Of a DNA stretch of 45,069 nt, positions 25,306-33,706 are shown piece after piece; the stretch's first letter is position 1, and each line of letters begins with the position of its first letter. Location: the sequence record PZ334583.1. One strand, 5' to 3'. The translations under genes and the position numbers were made by a program. The stretch is from a phage. The notes beneath the pieces are model-generated. The model was not told where the DNA came from and searched no databases. It was given only the letters and a program-made list of their open reading frames with translations.

Positions 25306-26305
25306 GCTTCGCAGCTTGTACAAAGACTCCGAGGTACTTGATGCAATCGAGCAAGCTACCGACGAGAAAGGTAATGTTAATTACAATGAGATGGCACGTG
25401 TATTATCGTGTCACCCTGTGGGTAAGAAGATTACCCGCCAGTTGGCTCGATACTGGCACGGTCAATTCAAGAAGACCAAGAAGAATGGTGATTATTACCA
25501 GACCCTTCTGCAAGAAGATAAGCGTATCAAAGAAGAGCGTAAGCTCAGGACTCCTGACCGCTACGAGGATTTGGCTATTGTACCATTGCCTGACTCGCCT
25601 CATCGAAGTGTACTGGTAATCCCTGATACTCATGCACCTTATGAGCATCCAGATACCTTAGAGTTCCTTGCAGCAGTCGCGGCACGTTACCGTCCAGATA
25701 CAGTGGTTCACTTAGGAGATGAGGCAGATAAACACGCCCTCTCCTTCCATGACTCTGACCCGAATCTGGATAGCGCTGGCATGGAGCTAGAGAAGGCTCG
25801 TGTCTTCATGCACAAGTTGCACAAGATGTTCCCTGTGATGCGCCTGTGTCATTCTAATCACGGCTCTATGCACTTCCGTAAGGCAAGCGCCAAGGGTATT
25901 CCAGTGCAATATCTTCGCACCTACCGTGAAGTTTTCTTCCCAAATGGAGGTGGCGACCAGTGGGATTGGCAGCATACACATGTTCTTGAGTTGCCGAATG
26001 GCGAACAAGTGGCATTCAAGCATCAACCTGCTGGCTCTGTCCTAGCAGATGCAGCGCATGAGCGTATGAACCTTGTGTGTGGTCACTTGCACGGTAAGAT
26101 GTCTGTGGAGTACGCACGTAATACACATGAACAGTATTGGGCTGTGCAAGGTGGCTGCTTAATTGATGAGTCATCCCGTGCATTTGCCTATGGGCGTGAG
26201 TCTAAATACAAGCCAGCATTAGGTTGTGTGGTTATTCTGGAGGGTGTACCTCATATTGTCCCGATGCAAACCAATAGCGACAACCGTTGGATTGGCAAGA
26301 TTTAG
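25298..26305 (+). CDS. Calcineurin-like metallophosphoesterase
   Basis: motifs VIPDTHAPY, HLGDEADKH, CHSNHG, GHLHG; start taken as TTG 25298 after RBS AAGGAGG (alternative ATG 25391). Confidence 0.75.
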   Translation: MGKLRSLYKDSEVLDAIEQATDEKGNVNYNEMARVLSCHPVGKKITRQLARYWHGQFKKTKKNGDYYQTLLQEDKRIKEERKLRTPDRYEDLAIVPLPDSPHRSVLVIPDTHAPYEHPDTLEFLAAVAARYRPDTVVHLGDEADKHALSFHDSDPNLDSAGMELEKARVFMHKLHKMFPVMRLCHSNHGSMHFRKASAKGIPVQYLRTYREVFFPNGGGDQWDWQHTHVLELPNGEQVAFKHQPAGSVLADAAHERMNLVCGHLHGKMSVEYARNTHEQYWAVQGGCLIDESSRAFAYGRESKYKPALGCVVILEGVPHIVPMQTNSDNRWIGKI

Positions 26306-26322
26306 TTGACACTATAGAACAA
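26300..26322 (+). promoter_or_regulatory. Phage RNAP promoter (AGTTG variant, closest to the SP6 consensus)
   Basis: atttagttgacactatagaacaa; overlaps the phosphoesterase stop. Confidence 0.75.
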
Positions 26323-26405
26323 AGGGCTAGGTAAGACTTTATCGGCTGGCGTATCCAAATGATATTGCACTAGCCCTTGATTGTATAGTGAATGGAGGAT
26401 TCAAT

Positions 26406-26909
26406 ATGTCACACTATGAATGTAAGAAGTGTCATAAGCGTTATGATTACTGTACTTGTGGTCAAGAGAAAACATCTTTTAAAGTTGGAGACAAGGTATT
26501 TCGTAATGAAAAAGATTCTATTCCTTGGAATCAATTCTGCAAAGAAGCTGGTATTGACCCTGATAGCCCTGTAACCATAGATGATATTGATGGCATTAAC
26601 TTGTGCTTTCGTGAGGTGAGGGGTACAGGTTGGGATTCCAAAAAATTCAAACTTGCATCTGATAAGTTAGACAACAATATGGTAACTCAGCCTAAGCACT
26701 ACGAGTTCTTTGATGGTGTAGAGGCAATCACTATCATTGCCCGCAGTATGACTGAAAAGCAATTCGCTGGGTACTGCATGGGTAATGCCCTTAAGTATCG
26801 CCTGCGTGCAGGTAAGAAGTTCAATACTGAAGAAGACTTGAAGAAGGCAGACTATTATAAAGAGTTATTCCAGAAGCATCGTCACGAATGTATTGATGAG
26901 GATATTTAA
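26406..26909 (+). CDS. Hypothetical protein with N-terminal Cys cluster and DUF3310-like C-terminal region
   Basis: ATG 26406 with RBS GGAGG; CKKCHKRYDYCTCG; PKHYEFFDGVEAITIIARSMTEKQFAGYCMGNALKYRLRAGKK. Confidence 0.7.
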   Translation: MSHYECKKCHKRYDYCTCGQEKTSFKVGDKVFRNEKDSIPWNQFCKEAGIDPDSPVTIDDIDGINLCFREVRGTGWDSKKFKLASDKLDNNMVTQPKHYEFFDGVEAITIIARSMTEKQFAGYCMGNALKYRLRAGKKFNTEEDLKKADYYKELFQKHRHECIDEDI

Positions 26910-26910
26910 T

Positions 26911-27084
26911 ATGGAAGGTAAACTGTATAGAGGGTACTTCGGTAACTTATATAAAGTAAGCTCTCGCGGTTTTGTATTGACCTCTGATGATGAAGGTGCA
27001 ATGTGGCACCTAAGTGCATATGGTTCTAACTTAGCACACTTTAAAGAGGCAATAGTCAAAGGTGTGATGAAGGAGGTGAAATGA
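26911..27084 (+). CDS. Small hypothetical protein (57 aa)
   Basis: ATG 26911 with GAGGA upstream; in-frame part of track ORF 26893..27084. Confidence 0.4.
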   Translation: MEGKLYRGYFGNLYKVSSRGFVLTSDDEGAMWHLSAYGSNLAHFKEAIVKGVMKEVK

Positions 27085-28028
27085 ACATCTTCCAATTCCT
27101 AGGTCTTCCAGAAGACCACCGCAATCATCCATTCATGCTGGTGAAGCATCGCGGTGAAGTTCCTGAGAAGAAACTTACTTTTCCATGTTATGCACAGGTG
27201 AAACGAGATGGAATATTCAGTGCTGTTGTGGTGCGCAAGGATGGTGCTGTTGCCATCTTTGGTCGTACTGGTAAGAAGCTCGCAAATGTTGAATCCTTGG
27301 AAAAGACATTTAGTGTATTTCCTGTCGGGTTGTATCTTGGTGAGTTGCAATCTATGGCTGTTGATGTTTATCTTGAAGCTCTGTCAGGAGTGGTAAACCC
27401 TAATCGTACAGAGCCACTTGACTTCATAGGCCAGCAGATTAAAGACAACCTGTATATCGACTTCTTCGATATGTTAACTATTAAGGCATTCCATGATGGA
27501 TTCACTGATGTTTCTTATCTCAAACGTTACGATGCTTTACATCGCCGCATCGGCGCTCATCTTAGCGGGTACAACGCTATCCTTCCTATTACTCCTTGCC
27601 ATAATGAGCGAGAAGTTGAAGCGTTTGCGCAAGAGCAGATAGACGCAGGCCGAGAAGGTGCGGTATTTAAACTTGACGTGGAGTACGAAAGTGGGCACAA
27701 GGGCTATCGTCAAACGAAGATCGTTCGTATGGTATCTTACGACCTAACCTGTATTGGGTGGGAGGAAGGAAAAGGTAAGTATAAAGGTAAAGTAGCTAAC
27801 CTCATTTTCAAATGGAAAGGAGGCAAGTCTGTTAAGGCTATGCTGGGTCGTGGCTGGTCACATGAGGATGCAGCCCAAATGTATCACGATATTAAGCACG
27901 GTGGCGAACTGAACGTCATTGGGAAGATCTTCGCTGTCAAGGCGTTGCAGGAATCTAGCAAGGGAGTCCTGAGACTTCCCAAGGTTTCTGAATTACGCCA
28001 CGATAAGGAGGTTCCTGATGTTTATTGA
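27081..28028 (+). CDS. ATP-dependent DNA ligase
   Basis: 315 aa; adenylation motif AQVKRDGIF (KxDG); RBS GGAGG. Confidence 0.85.
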   Translation: MNIFQFLGLPEDHRNHPFMLVKHRGEVPEKKLTFPCYAQVKRDGIFSAVVVRKDGAVAIFGRTGKKLANVESLEKTFSVFPVGLYLGELQSMAVDVYLEALSGVVNPNRTEPLDFIGQQIKDNLYIDFFDMLTIKAFHDGFTDVSYLKRYDALHRRIGAHLSGYNAILPITPCHNEREVEAFAQEQIDAGREGAVFKLDVEYESGHKGYRQTKIVRMVSYDLTCIGWEEGKGKYKGKVANLIFKWKGGKSVKAMLGRGWSHEDAAQMYHDIKHGGELNVIGKIFAVKALQESSKGVLRLPKVSELRHDKEVPDVY

Positions 28029-28143
28029 TTTGAACGAAAAACAGCTTGAATTGTTAATAGAAGCCATTGAGCAATACTATTACATGTGGGGCTATCAGTC
28101 AGAAGAATTAGACTCCTTATATTCACAACTAAAAGGAGGTTAA
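28018..28143 (+). CDS. Small ORF (41 aa)
   Basis: ATG 28018 with RBS AAGGAGG; MFIDLNEKQLELLIEAIEQYYYMWGYQSEELDSLYSQLKGG. Confidence 0.4.
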   Translation: MFIDLNEKQLELLIEAIEQYYYMWGYQSEELDSLYSQLKGG

Positions 28144-28145
28144 TT

Positions 28146-28343
28146 ATGTCTTTTGATTCTATGAAGGCAACTCGTGCAGTTGAGGTAGCAGAAGCTATCT
28201 TTGAAACTTTATCCTGTGGCATGGAAGTGCCATATACTTTACTTGCTGATGCAGAAGAACTTGGTCTTTCTGTAGAAGCTATCCAAGAGAAGGTTGACGA
28301 ATTATATGGTACAGACGAAGAAGAAACCGACGATTTCATTTGA
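28146..28343 (+). CDS. Small acidic protein (65 aa)
   Basis: ATG 28146 with RBS AAAGGAGG; ends ...EEETDDFI. Confidence 0.5.
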   Translation: MSFDSMKATRAVEVAEAIFETLSCGMEVPYTLLADAEELGLSVEAIQEKVDELYGTDEEETDDFI

Positions 28344-28347
28344 AGGA

Positions 28348-28476
28348 ATGGAGATGCTTGAGATGATTCTCAAGCCTTCTTCTCCGAAGGTGACTAAGAC
28401 TCATGAAGAGCTAGTCGTTGATGAAGTGAAGCGTTACATCATGGATTGTGTCAGAGCACAACTGGTGGTTCAATGA
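28348..28476 (+). CDS. Small ORF (42 aa), start uncertain
   Basis: MEMLEMILKPSSPKVTKTHEELVVDEVKRYIMDCVRAQLVVQ; weak RBS spacing. Confidence 0.25.
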   Translation: MEMLEMILKPSSPKVTKTHEELVVDEVKRYIMDCVRAQLVVQ

Positions 28477-28934
28477 TACGTCCAGCTTCCTTCCTAGATA
28501 TTCCTGAGATTATAAACCTTGGGAATAAATATGTGGAAGAGGAAGTCAAGGTTGTAGCCCACCACTCAGCCTCATGGAATGCAGAACAAAGTGCACATAA
28601 CCTTTGTGCATCTCTTAGTAGAGAAGATTTATTCCTATGGGTTGCTGTAGATGAAGGGCAGATTGTAGGGTTCCTGTGGGCTGGCTATCACGAGTTGGCC
28701 CCTTGGACACCTGTAAGAGTTGCCTCTGACATTCTCTTTTATATTATACCAGAGAAGCGAGGAACACTACTTGGTATGCGTCTCATCAAAGCCTTAAAGC
28801 AATGGGCTAGTGATAATGAATGCTCTGAGGTTCGCCTGTCTATCGCCTCTGGTATTAATGAAGAACGTGTCGGACGTATGTATAAGCGACTTGGCTTTGA
28901 ACCGTTTGGCACTGTGTACAACCTGAAGTTCTAA
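28473..28934 (+). CDS. GNAT-family N-acetyltransferase
   Basis: 153 aa from ATG 28473; acetyl-CoA binding signature QIVGFLWAGY...RGTLLGMRLIKALKQWA...RMYKRLGFEP. Confidence 0.8.
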   Translation: MIRPASFLDIPEIINLGNKYVEEEVKVVAHHSASWNAEQSAHNLCASLSREDLFLWVAVDEGQIVGFLWAGYHELAPWTPVRVASDILFYIIPEKRGTLLGMRLIKALKQWASDNECSEVRLSIASGINEERVGRMYKRLGFEPFGTVYNLKF

Positions 28935-28943
28935 GGAGATAAC

Positions 28944-29153
28944 ATGGGTGTTGTAAAGAAAGCATTTAAGGCTATCGGTCTTGCTCAAGATGCACCACGT
29001 ATTGAAGCCAAAGTACCAGCACAGCAGCTTGAGCGTAAGCCTGAGACTGAAGCTGAAGATATTCAAATTGGTGCAGATGGTGATGATGCGACTGCATCTG
29101 CAAAAGGTAAGCGCGGCCTTGTCCGTCCGGTAGCTTCTAGCTTGAAGGTGTGA
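28944..29153 (+). CDS. Small protein (69 aa) upstream of the portal gene
   Basis: RBS AAGGAG; ORF track. Confidence 0.55.
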   Translation: MGVVKKAFKAIGLAQDAPRIEAKVPAQQLERKPETEAEDIQIGADGDDATASAKGKRGLVRPVASSLKV

Positions 29154-29154
29154 T

Positions 29155-30705
29155 ATGAAACAGAGCACAGATTTGGAGTATGGAGGTAAGCGGTCTAAGA
29201 TACCTAAGCTATGGGAGAAATTCTCCACTAAACGTAGCTCTTTCCTTGATAGGGCGAAGCATTACTCCAAATTAACCTTGCCCTATCTGATGAATGACAA
29301 AGGTGATAACGAGACTTCGCAGAATGGATGGCAAGGTGTAGGTGCTCAGGCAACTAATCATCTAGCCAACAAGCTAGCGCAAGTACTATTCCCTGCACAG
29401 CGTTCCTTCTTCCGTGTAGACTTAACTGCACAAGGTGAGAAGGTTCTTAATCAGCGTGGCCTGAAGAAGACAGAGCTAGCTACCATCTTCGCTCAAGTGG
29501 AAACACGGGCAATGAAAGAGTTAGAGCAACGTCAATTCCGGCCTGCTGTAGTAGAAGCATTTAAGCATCTTATTGTTGCTGGCAGCTGTATGCTATACAA
29601 GCCGAGCAAAGGTGCAATCAGTGCTATCCCAATGCATCACTATGTAGTTAACCGTGATACCAATGGCGACCTGTTAGACATTATCTTACTGCAAGAGAAG
29701 GCCTTACGCACCTTTGACCCAGCTACACGTGCTGTAGTTGAGGTCGGCTTGAAAGGTAAGAAATGCAAGGAAGATGACAGCGTTAAGCTGTACACACATG
29801 CTAAGTATCTTGGTGATGGGTTTTGGGAACTCAAGCAATCTGCTGATGATATCCCTGTGGGTAAGGTGAGTAAAATCAAATCAGAAAAGCTACCTTTCAT
29901 CCCATTAACTTGGAAGCGAAGCTATGGTGAGGATTGGGGTCGCCCTCTTGCAGAGGATTACTCCGGTGATTTATTCGTTATCCAATTCTTATCTGAAGCG
30001 GTTGCCCGTGGTGCTGCGCTGATGGCAGATATCAAGTACCTGATTCGTCCTGGTGCTCAAACTGATGTTGACCACTTTGTTAACTCTGGCACTGGTGAGG
30101 TTGTCACTGGTGTAGAAGAAGACATCCATATTGTACAGTTAGGTAAGTACGCAGACCTCACACCTATTAGCGCGGTTCTAGAGGTATACACTCGCCGTAT
30201 CGGTGTTGTCTTCATGATGGAGACAATGACACGCCGTGACGCCGAACGTGTTACTGCTGTAGAAATCCAGCGAGATGCGTTAGAGATTGAGCAGAACATG
30301 GGTGGTGTATACTCCCTCTTTGCTACTACTATGCAATCGCCAGTAGCGATGTGGGGTCTGCTGGAGGCAGGGGAGTCCTTCACTAGTGACTTAGTGGACC
30401 CTGTGATTATCACAGGTATTGAAGCTTTAGGACGCATGGCTGAGTTGGATAAACTGGCTAACTTTGCTCAGTATATGTCACTGCCATTACAATGGCCTGA
30501 GCCTGTCCTAGCTGCTGTGAAATGGCCTGACTATATGGATTGGGTGCGTGGTCAAATCTCTGCTGAACTGCCGTTCCTTAAATCGGCTGAAGAGATGGCA
30601 CAAGAACAGGAAGCACAGATGCAAGCACAGCAAGCACAGATGCTTGAAGAAGGTGTGGCTAAGGCCGTGCCGGGTGTAATTCAACAAGAACTTAAGGAGG
30701 CGTAA
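29155..30705 (+). CDS. Portal (head-to-tail connector) protein, T7 gp8-like
   Basis: 516 aa; first gene of the canonical portal-scaffold-capsid order. Confidence 0.93.
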   Translation: MKQSTDLEYGGKRSKIPKLWEKFSTKRSSFLDRAKHYSKLTLPYLMNDKGDNETSQNGWQGVGAQATNHLANKLAQVLFPAQRSFFRVDLTAQGEKVLNQRGLKKTELATIFAQVETRAMKELEQRQFRPAVVEAFKHLIVAGSCMLYKPSKGAISAIPMHHYVVNRDTNGDLLDIILLQEKALRTFDPATRAVVEVGLKGKKCKEDDSVKLYTHAKYLGDGFWELKQSADDIPVGKVSKIKSEKLPFIPLTWKRSYGEDWGRPLAEDYSGDLFVIQFLSEAVARGAALMADIKYLIRPGAQTDVDHFVNSGTGEVVTGVEEDIHIVQLGKYADLTPISAVLEVYTRRIGVVFMMETMTRRDAERVTAVEIQRDALEIEQNMGGVYSLFATTMQSPVAMWGLLEAGESFTSDLVDPVIITGIEALGRMAELDKLANFAQYMSLPLQWPEPVLAAVKWPDYMDWVRGQISAELPFLKSAEEMAQEQEAQMQAQQAQMLEEGVAKAVPGVIQQELKEA

Positions 30706-31625
30706 TGTCTTTCTCATTTACTGAACCGTCAACCACTTACCCTACTGCTGAAGAGGGTCCGGTAGAAACCAAGGAGGTAACAACTGATGCTGCTACTACT
30801 GATGCTCCTGCTGACGCTGGCACTGCTGTACAAGATGACAATGCTGGTGCACAACCTACTGAAGACACCGGAGGAGAAGCTTCTGGACAGCCTTCAGAAA
30901 AAGGAGACAATGGCGGAGAGAATGGTGAACCTAAGCCAGATGATACCGCGACCGACACTGAGGAAGTGCAATACTTCTTCGGAGAACATGAAGTAACAGT
31001 AGACATCCCACAGGATGTAACTGACAGCCTTAAAGAGAAAGGCATTGATGCCAAGCAGGTTGCCAAGGAACTCTATTCCAAAGGTGGCAAGTTTGAACTG
31101 TCAGATGCAACCAAGCAGAAATTGTATGACGCTTTTGGCAAGTTTGCGGTAGATGCTTACCTGTCAGGTCTTAAGGCTCAAAATGAAGCCTTCTTCCTGA
31201 AAGAAGCCAACGCAGCTAAAGAGCTGGAAGCAGCTAACACCCAACGCTTCTCTGATGTTTCTAAGGAAATTGGTGGCGAAGAAGGTTGGTCCCGTCTTGA
31301 GGAGTGGGCGCTTGAAACGCTATCCGATGACGAACTAATGGCATTCAATGCGGTGATGGAATCTGGCAACCAGTACCTCCAGCAGTACGCTGTGCGTGAA
31401 CTGGAGAGCCGCCGTAAGGCTGCACAGGGTGATGATAAGCCATCCCTGATTGAGCCATCAGCACCTGCTAAGGCTAATGAAGAGAATGGCCCACTGACGC
31501 GAGATCAGTACGTTCAAGCAATCGCAACTCTTAGCCAGAAGTACGGCAATGACCGTAAAGCTATGGCAGAAGCTCAGGCTAAACTGGACGCCCGTCGCCG
31601 TGCTGGCATGGCTCGCGGTATCTAA
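30705..31625 (+). CDS. Scaffolding protein (gp9-like)
   Basis: 306 aa, very acidic, Ala/Glu/Asp-rich; RBS AAGGAGG; sits between portal and capsid. Confidence 0.85.
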   Translation: MSFSFTEPSTTYPTAEEGPVETKEVTTDAATTDAPADAGTAVQDDNAGAQPTEDTGGEASGQPSEKGDNGGENGEPKPDDTATDTEEVQYFFGEHEVTVDIPQDVTDSLKEKGIDAKQVAKELYSKGGKFELSDATKQKLYDAFGKFAVDAYLSGLKAQNEAFFLKEANAAKELEAANTQRFSDVSKEIGGEEGWSRLEEWALETLSDDELMAFNAVMESGNQYLQQYAVRELESRRKAAQGDDKPSLIEPSAPAKANEENGPLTRDQYVQAIATLSQKYGNDRKAMAEAQAKLDARRRAGMARGI

Positions 31626-31631
31626 TTCAGT

Positions 31632-31654
31632 ATTTACTGGACACTATAGAAGGG
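31632..31654 (+). promoter_or_regulatory. Phage RNAP promoter for the capsid gene, with 5' leader hairpin
   Basis: atttactggacactatagaaggg followed by gggagaa-aag-ttctccc. Confidence 0.88.
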
Positions 31655-31704
31655 AGAAAAGTTCTCCCTAGTTATCAATTTGATTTATAAGGAGATTATA
31701 ATAC

Positions 31705-32913
31705 ATGTCTACACCGAATACTCTGACTAACGTTGCTGTATCTGCATCCGGTGAGGTTGACAGCCTTCTCATTGAGAAGTTTAATGGTAAGGTCAATGAG
31801 CAGTACCTGAAAGGTGAGAACATTCTGTCCTACTTTGATGTACAGACTGTTACTGGCACTAACACAGTGAGCAACAAATATTTGGGCGAAACTGAGTTGC
31901 AGGTGCTAGCACCGGGTCAGTCTCCTAATGCCACCCCTACTCAGGCGGATAAAAACCAGTTGGTAATTGATACCACTGTCATTGCTCGTAACACTGTGGC
32001 TCACATCCACGATGTACAAGGTGACATCGATAGCCTGAAACCAAAACTGGCTATGAACCAAGCCAAGCAACTGAAACGTCTGGAAGACCAGATGGCAATT
32101 CAGCAGATGCTGTTAGGCGGTATTGCTAACACCAAGGCCAAACGTAACAAGCCGCGTGTTAAAGGGCATGGCTTCTCTATCAACGTTAACGTAACTGAGA
32201 GTGAAGCACTGGCTAACCCTCAGTATGTTATGGCTGCGGTAGAGTATGCTCTGGAGCAACAGCTTGAGCAGGAAGTGGACATCTCTGATGTAGCTATCAT
32301 GATGCCGTGGAAGTTCTTCAATGCTCTGCGTGATGCAGACCGAATTGTAGATAAGACTTACACTATCAGCCAGTCTGGTGCAACCATTAATGGCTTCGTT
32401 CTCTCTTCTTATAACTGCCCTGTGATCCCGTCTAACCGATTCCCTACCTTCGCTCAGACTCAGGCTCACCACCTGTTGTCTAATGAAGATAACGGCTATC
32501 GTTATGACCCTATCGCAGAGATGAATGGTGCAGTTGCTGTTCTGTTCACTGCCGACGCACTGCTGGTGGGTCGTACCATTGAAGTGACTGGTGACATCTT
32601 CTATGAGAAGAAAGAGAAGACTTATTACATTGACACCTTCATGGCTGAGGGTGCAATCCCTGACCGTTGGGAGGCAGTGTCTGTAGTTACCACTAAACGT
32701 AATGCATCTACTGGTGCTGCTGAAGGTTCTGGTGATGATCACGCAACCGTACTGGCTCGTGCACAGCGTAAGGCTGTATATGTCAAAACCGAAGGTGCTG
32801 CGGCTGCATTCTCTGCTGCCCCAGCAGGTATCCAAGCGGAAGACCTTGTAGCGGCGGTACGTGCTGTAATGGCAAATGACATCAAGCCGACTGCAATGAA
32901 ACCTGCTGAGTAA
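31705..32913 (+). CDS. Major capsid protein (gp10-like)
   Basis: 402 aa; RBS AAGGAG; strong codon bias; own promoter upstream and terminator downstream. Confidence 0.95.
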   Translation: MSTPNTLTNVAVSASGEVDSLLIEKFNGKVNEQYLKGENILSYFDVQTVTGTNTVSNKYLGETELQVLAPGQSPNATPTQADKNQLVIDTTVIARNTVAHIHDVQGDIDSLKPKLAMNQAKQLKRLEDQMAIQQMLLGGIANTKAKRNKPRVKGHGFSINVNVTESEALANPQYVMAAVEYALEQQLEQEVDISDVAIMMPWKFFNALRDADRIVDKTYTISQSGATINGFVLSSYNCPVIPSNRFPTFAQTQAHHLLSNEDNGYRYDPIAEMNGAVAVLFTADALLVGRTIEVTGDIFYEKKEKTYYIDTFMAEGAIPDRWEAVSVVTTKRNASTGAAEGSGDDHATVLARAQRKAVYVKTEGAAAAFSAAPAGIQAEDLVAAVRAVMANDIKPTAMKPAE

Positions 32914-32920
32914 TACCTAT

Positions 32921-32957
32921 GCCCTATCTACCTTGCGTAGGTAGGGTTATTTTTTGT
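32921..32957 (+). terminator. Terminator after the capsid gene (T-phi analogue)
   Basis: gccctatctacc-ttgcg-taggtagggtt imperfect hairpin followed by attttttg. Confidence 0.65.
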
Positions 32958-32968
32958 TAGGAGGATTC

Positions 32969-33706
32969 ATGCCTGTAATTAGACAAACCAGTAAAGTAGG
33001 ACACATGATGGAAGATGTGGCCTTCCAGATTATTGATAGTAAACTTGAAGCGGTCAACCTGTGTATGCGAGCTATTGGTCGTGAGGGTGTGGATTCTCTC
33101 GACTCAGGGGACTTGGACGCAGAAGATGCAAGCAAGATGATCGACATCGTATCCCAGCGGTTCCAGTACAACAAAGGAGGTGGCTGGTGGTTCAATCGTG
33201 AACCAAACTGGCAGATTGCACCTGATACCAATGGTGAAGTCAATCTGCCTAACAACTGCCTAGCAGTATTGCAGTGTTATGCTTTGGGTGAGAAGAAAGT
33301 ACCCATGACTATGCGTGCAGGTAAGCTTTACTCCACATGGAGTCACACCTTTGATATGCGCAAGCATGTTAATGCTAATGGCATGATTCGTCTTACCTTA
33401 CTCACCTTACTACCTTACGAGCATCTACCTACAAGTGTAATGCAGGCTATTGCCTATCAAGCTGCTGTAGAGTTTATTGTGTCTAAGGATGCAGATCAGA
33501 CTAAGCTAGCCACTGCGCAGCAGATAGCCACTCAGCTTCTTATGGATGTACAATCTGAGCAAATGTCACAGAAGCGATTAAACATGCTGGTACATAACCC
33601 CACTCAGCGTCAGTTTGGTATCATGGCTGGTGGCTCTCAGAATGTACCTGCTTACTCTCATTCACCTTATGAAAGTTGGGCGCTCCGTCCGTGGGAGGAT
33701 CGTTAA
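32969..33706 (+). CDS. Tail tubular protein A (gp11-like)
   Basis: ATG 32969 with RBS AGGAGG; position and size. Confidence 0.85.
   Translation: MPVIRQTSKVGHMMEDVAFQIIDSKLEAVNLCMRAIGREGVDSLDSGDLDAEDASKMIDIVSQRFQYNKGGGWWFNREPNWQIAPDTNGEVNLPNNCLAVLQCYALGEKKVPMTMRAGKLYSTWSHTFDMRKHVNANGMIRLTLLTLLPYEHLPTSVMQAIAYQAAVEFIVSKDADQTKLATAQQIATQLLMDVQSEQMSQKRLNMLVHNPTQRQFGIMAGGSQNVPAYSHSPYESWALRPWEDR

Noticed and set aside
32113-32835. 240-aa minus-strand ORF inside the major capsid gene
   Set aside because: Fully contained antisense to the capsid gene, which has a strong promoter, RBS and terminator on the + strand.
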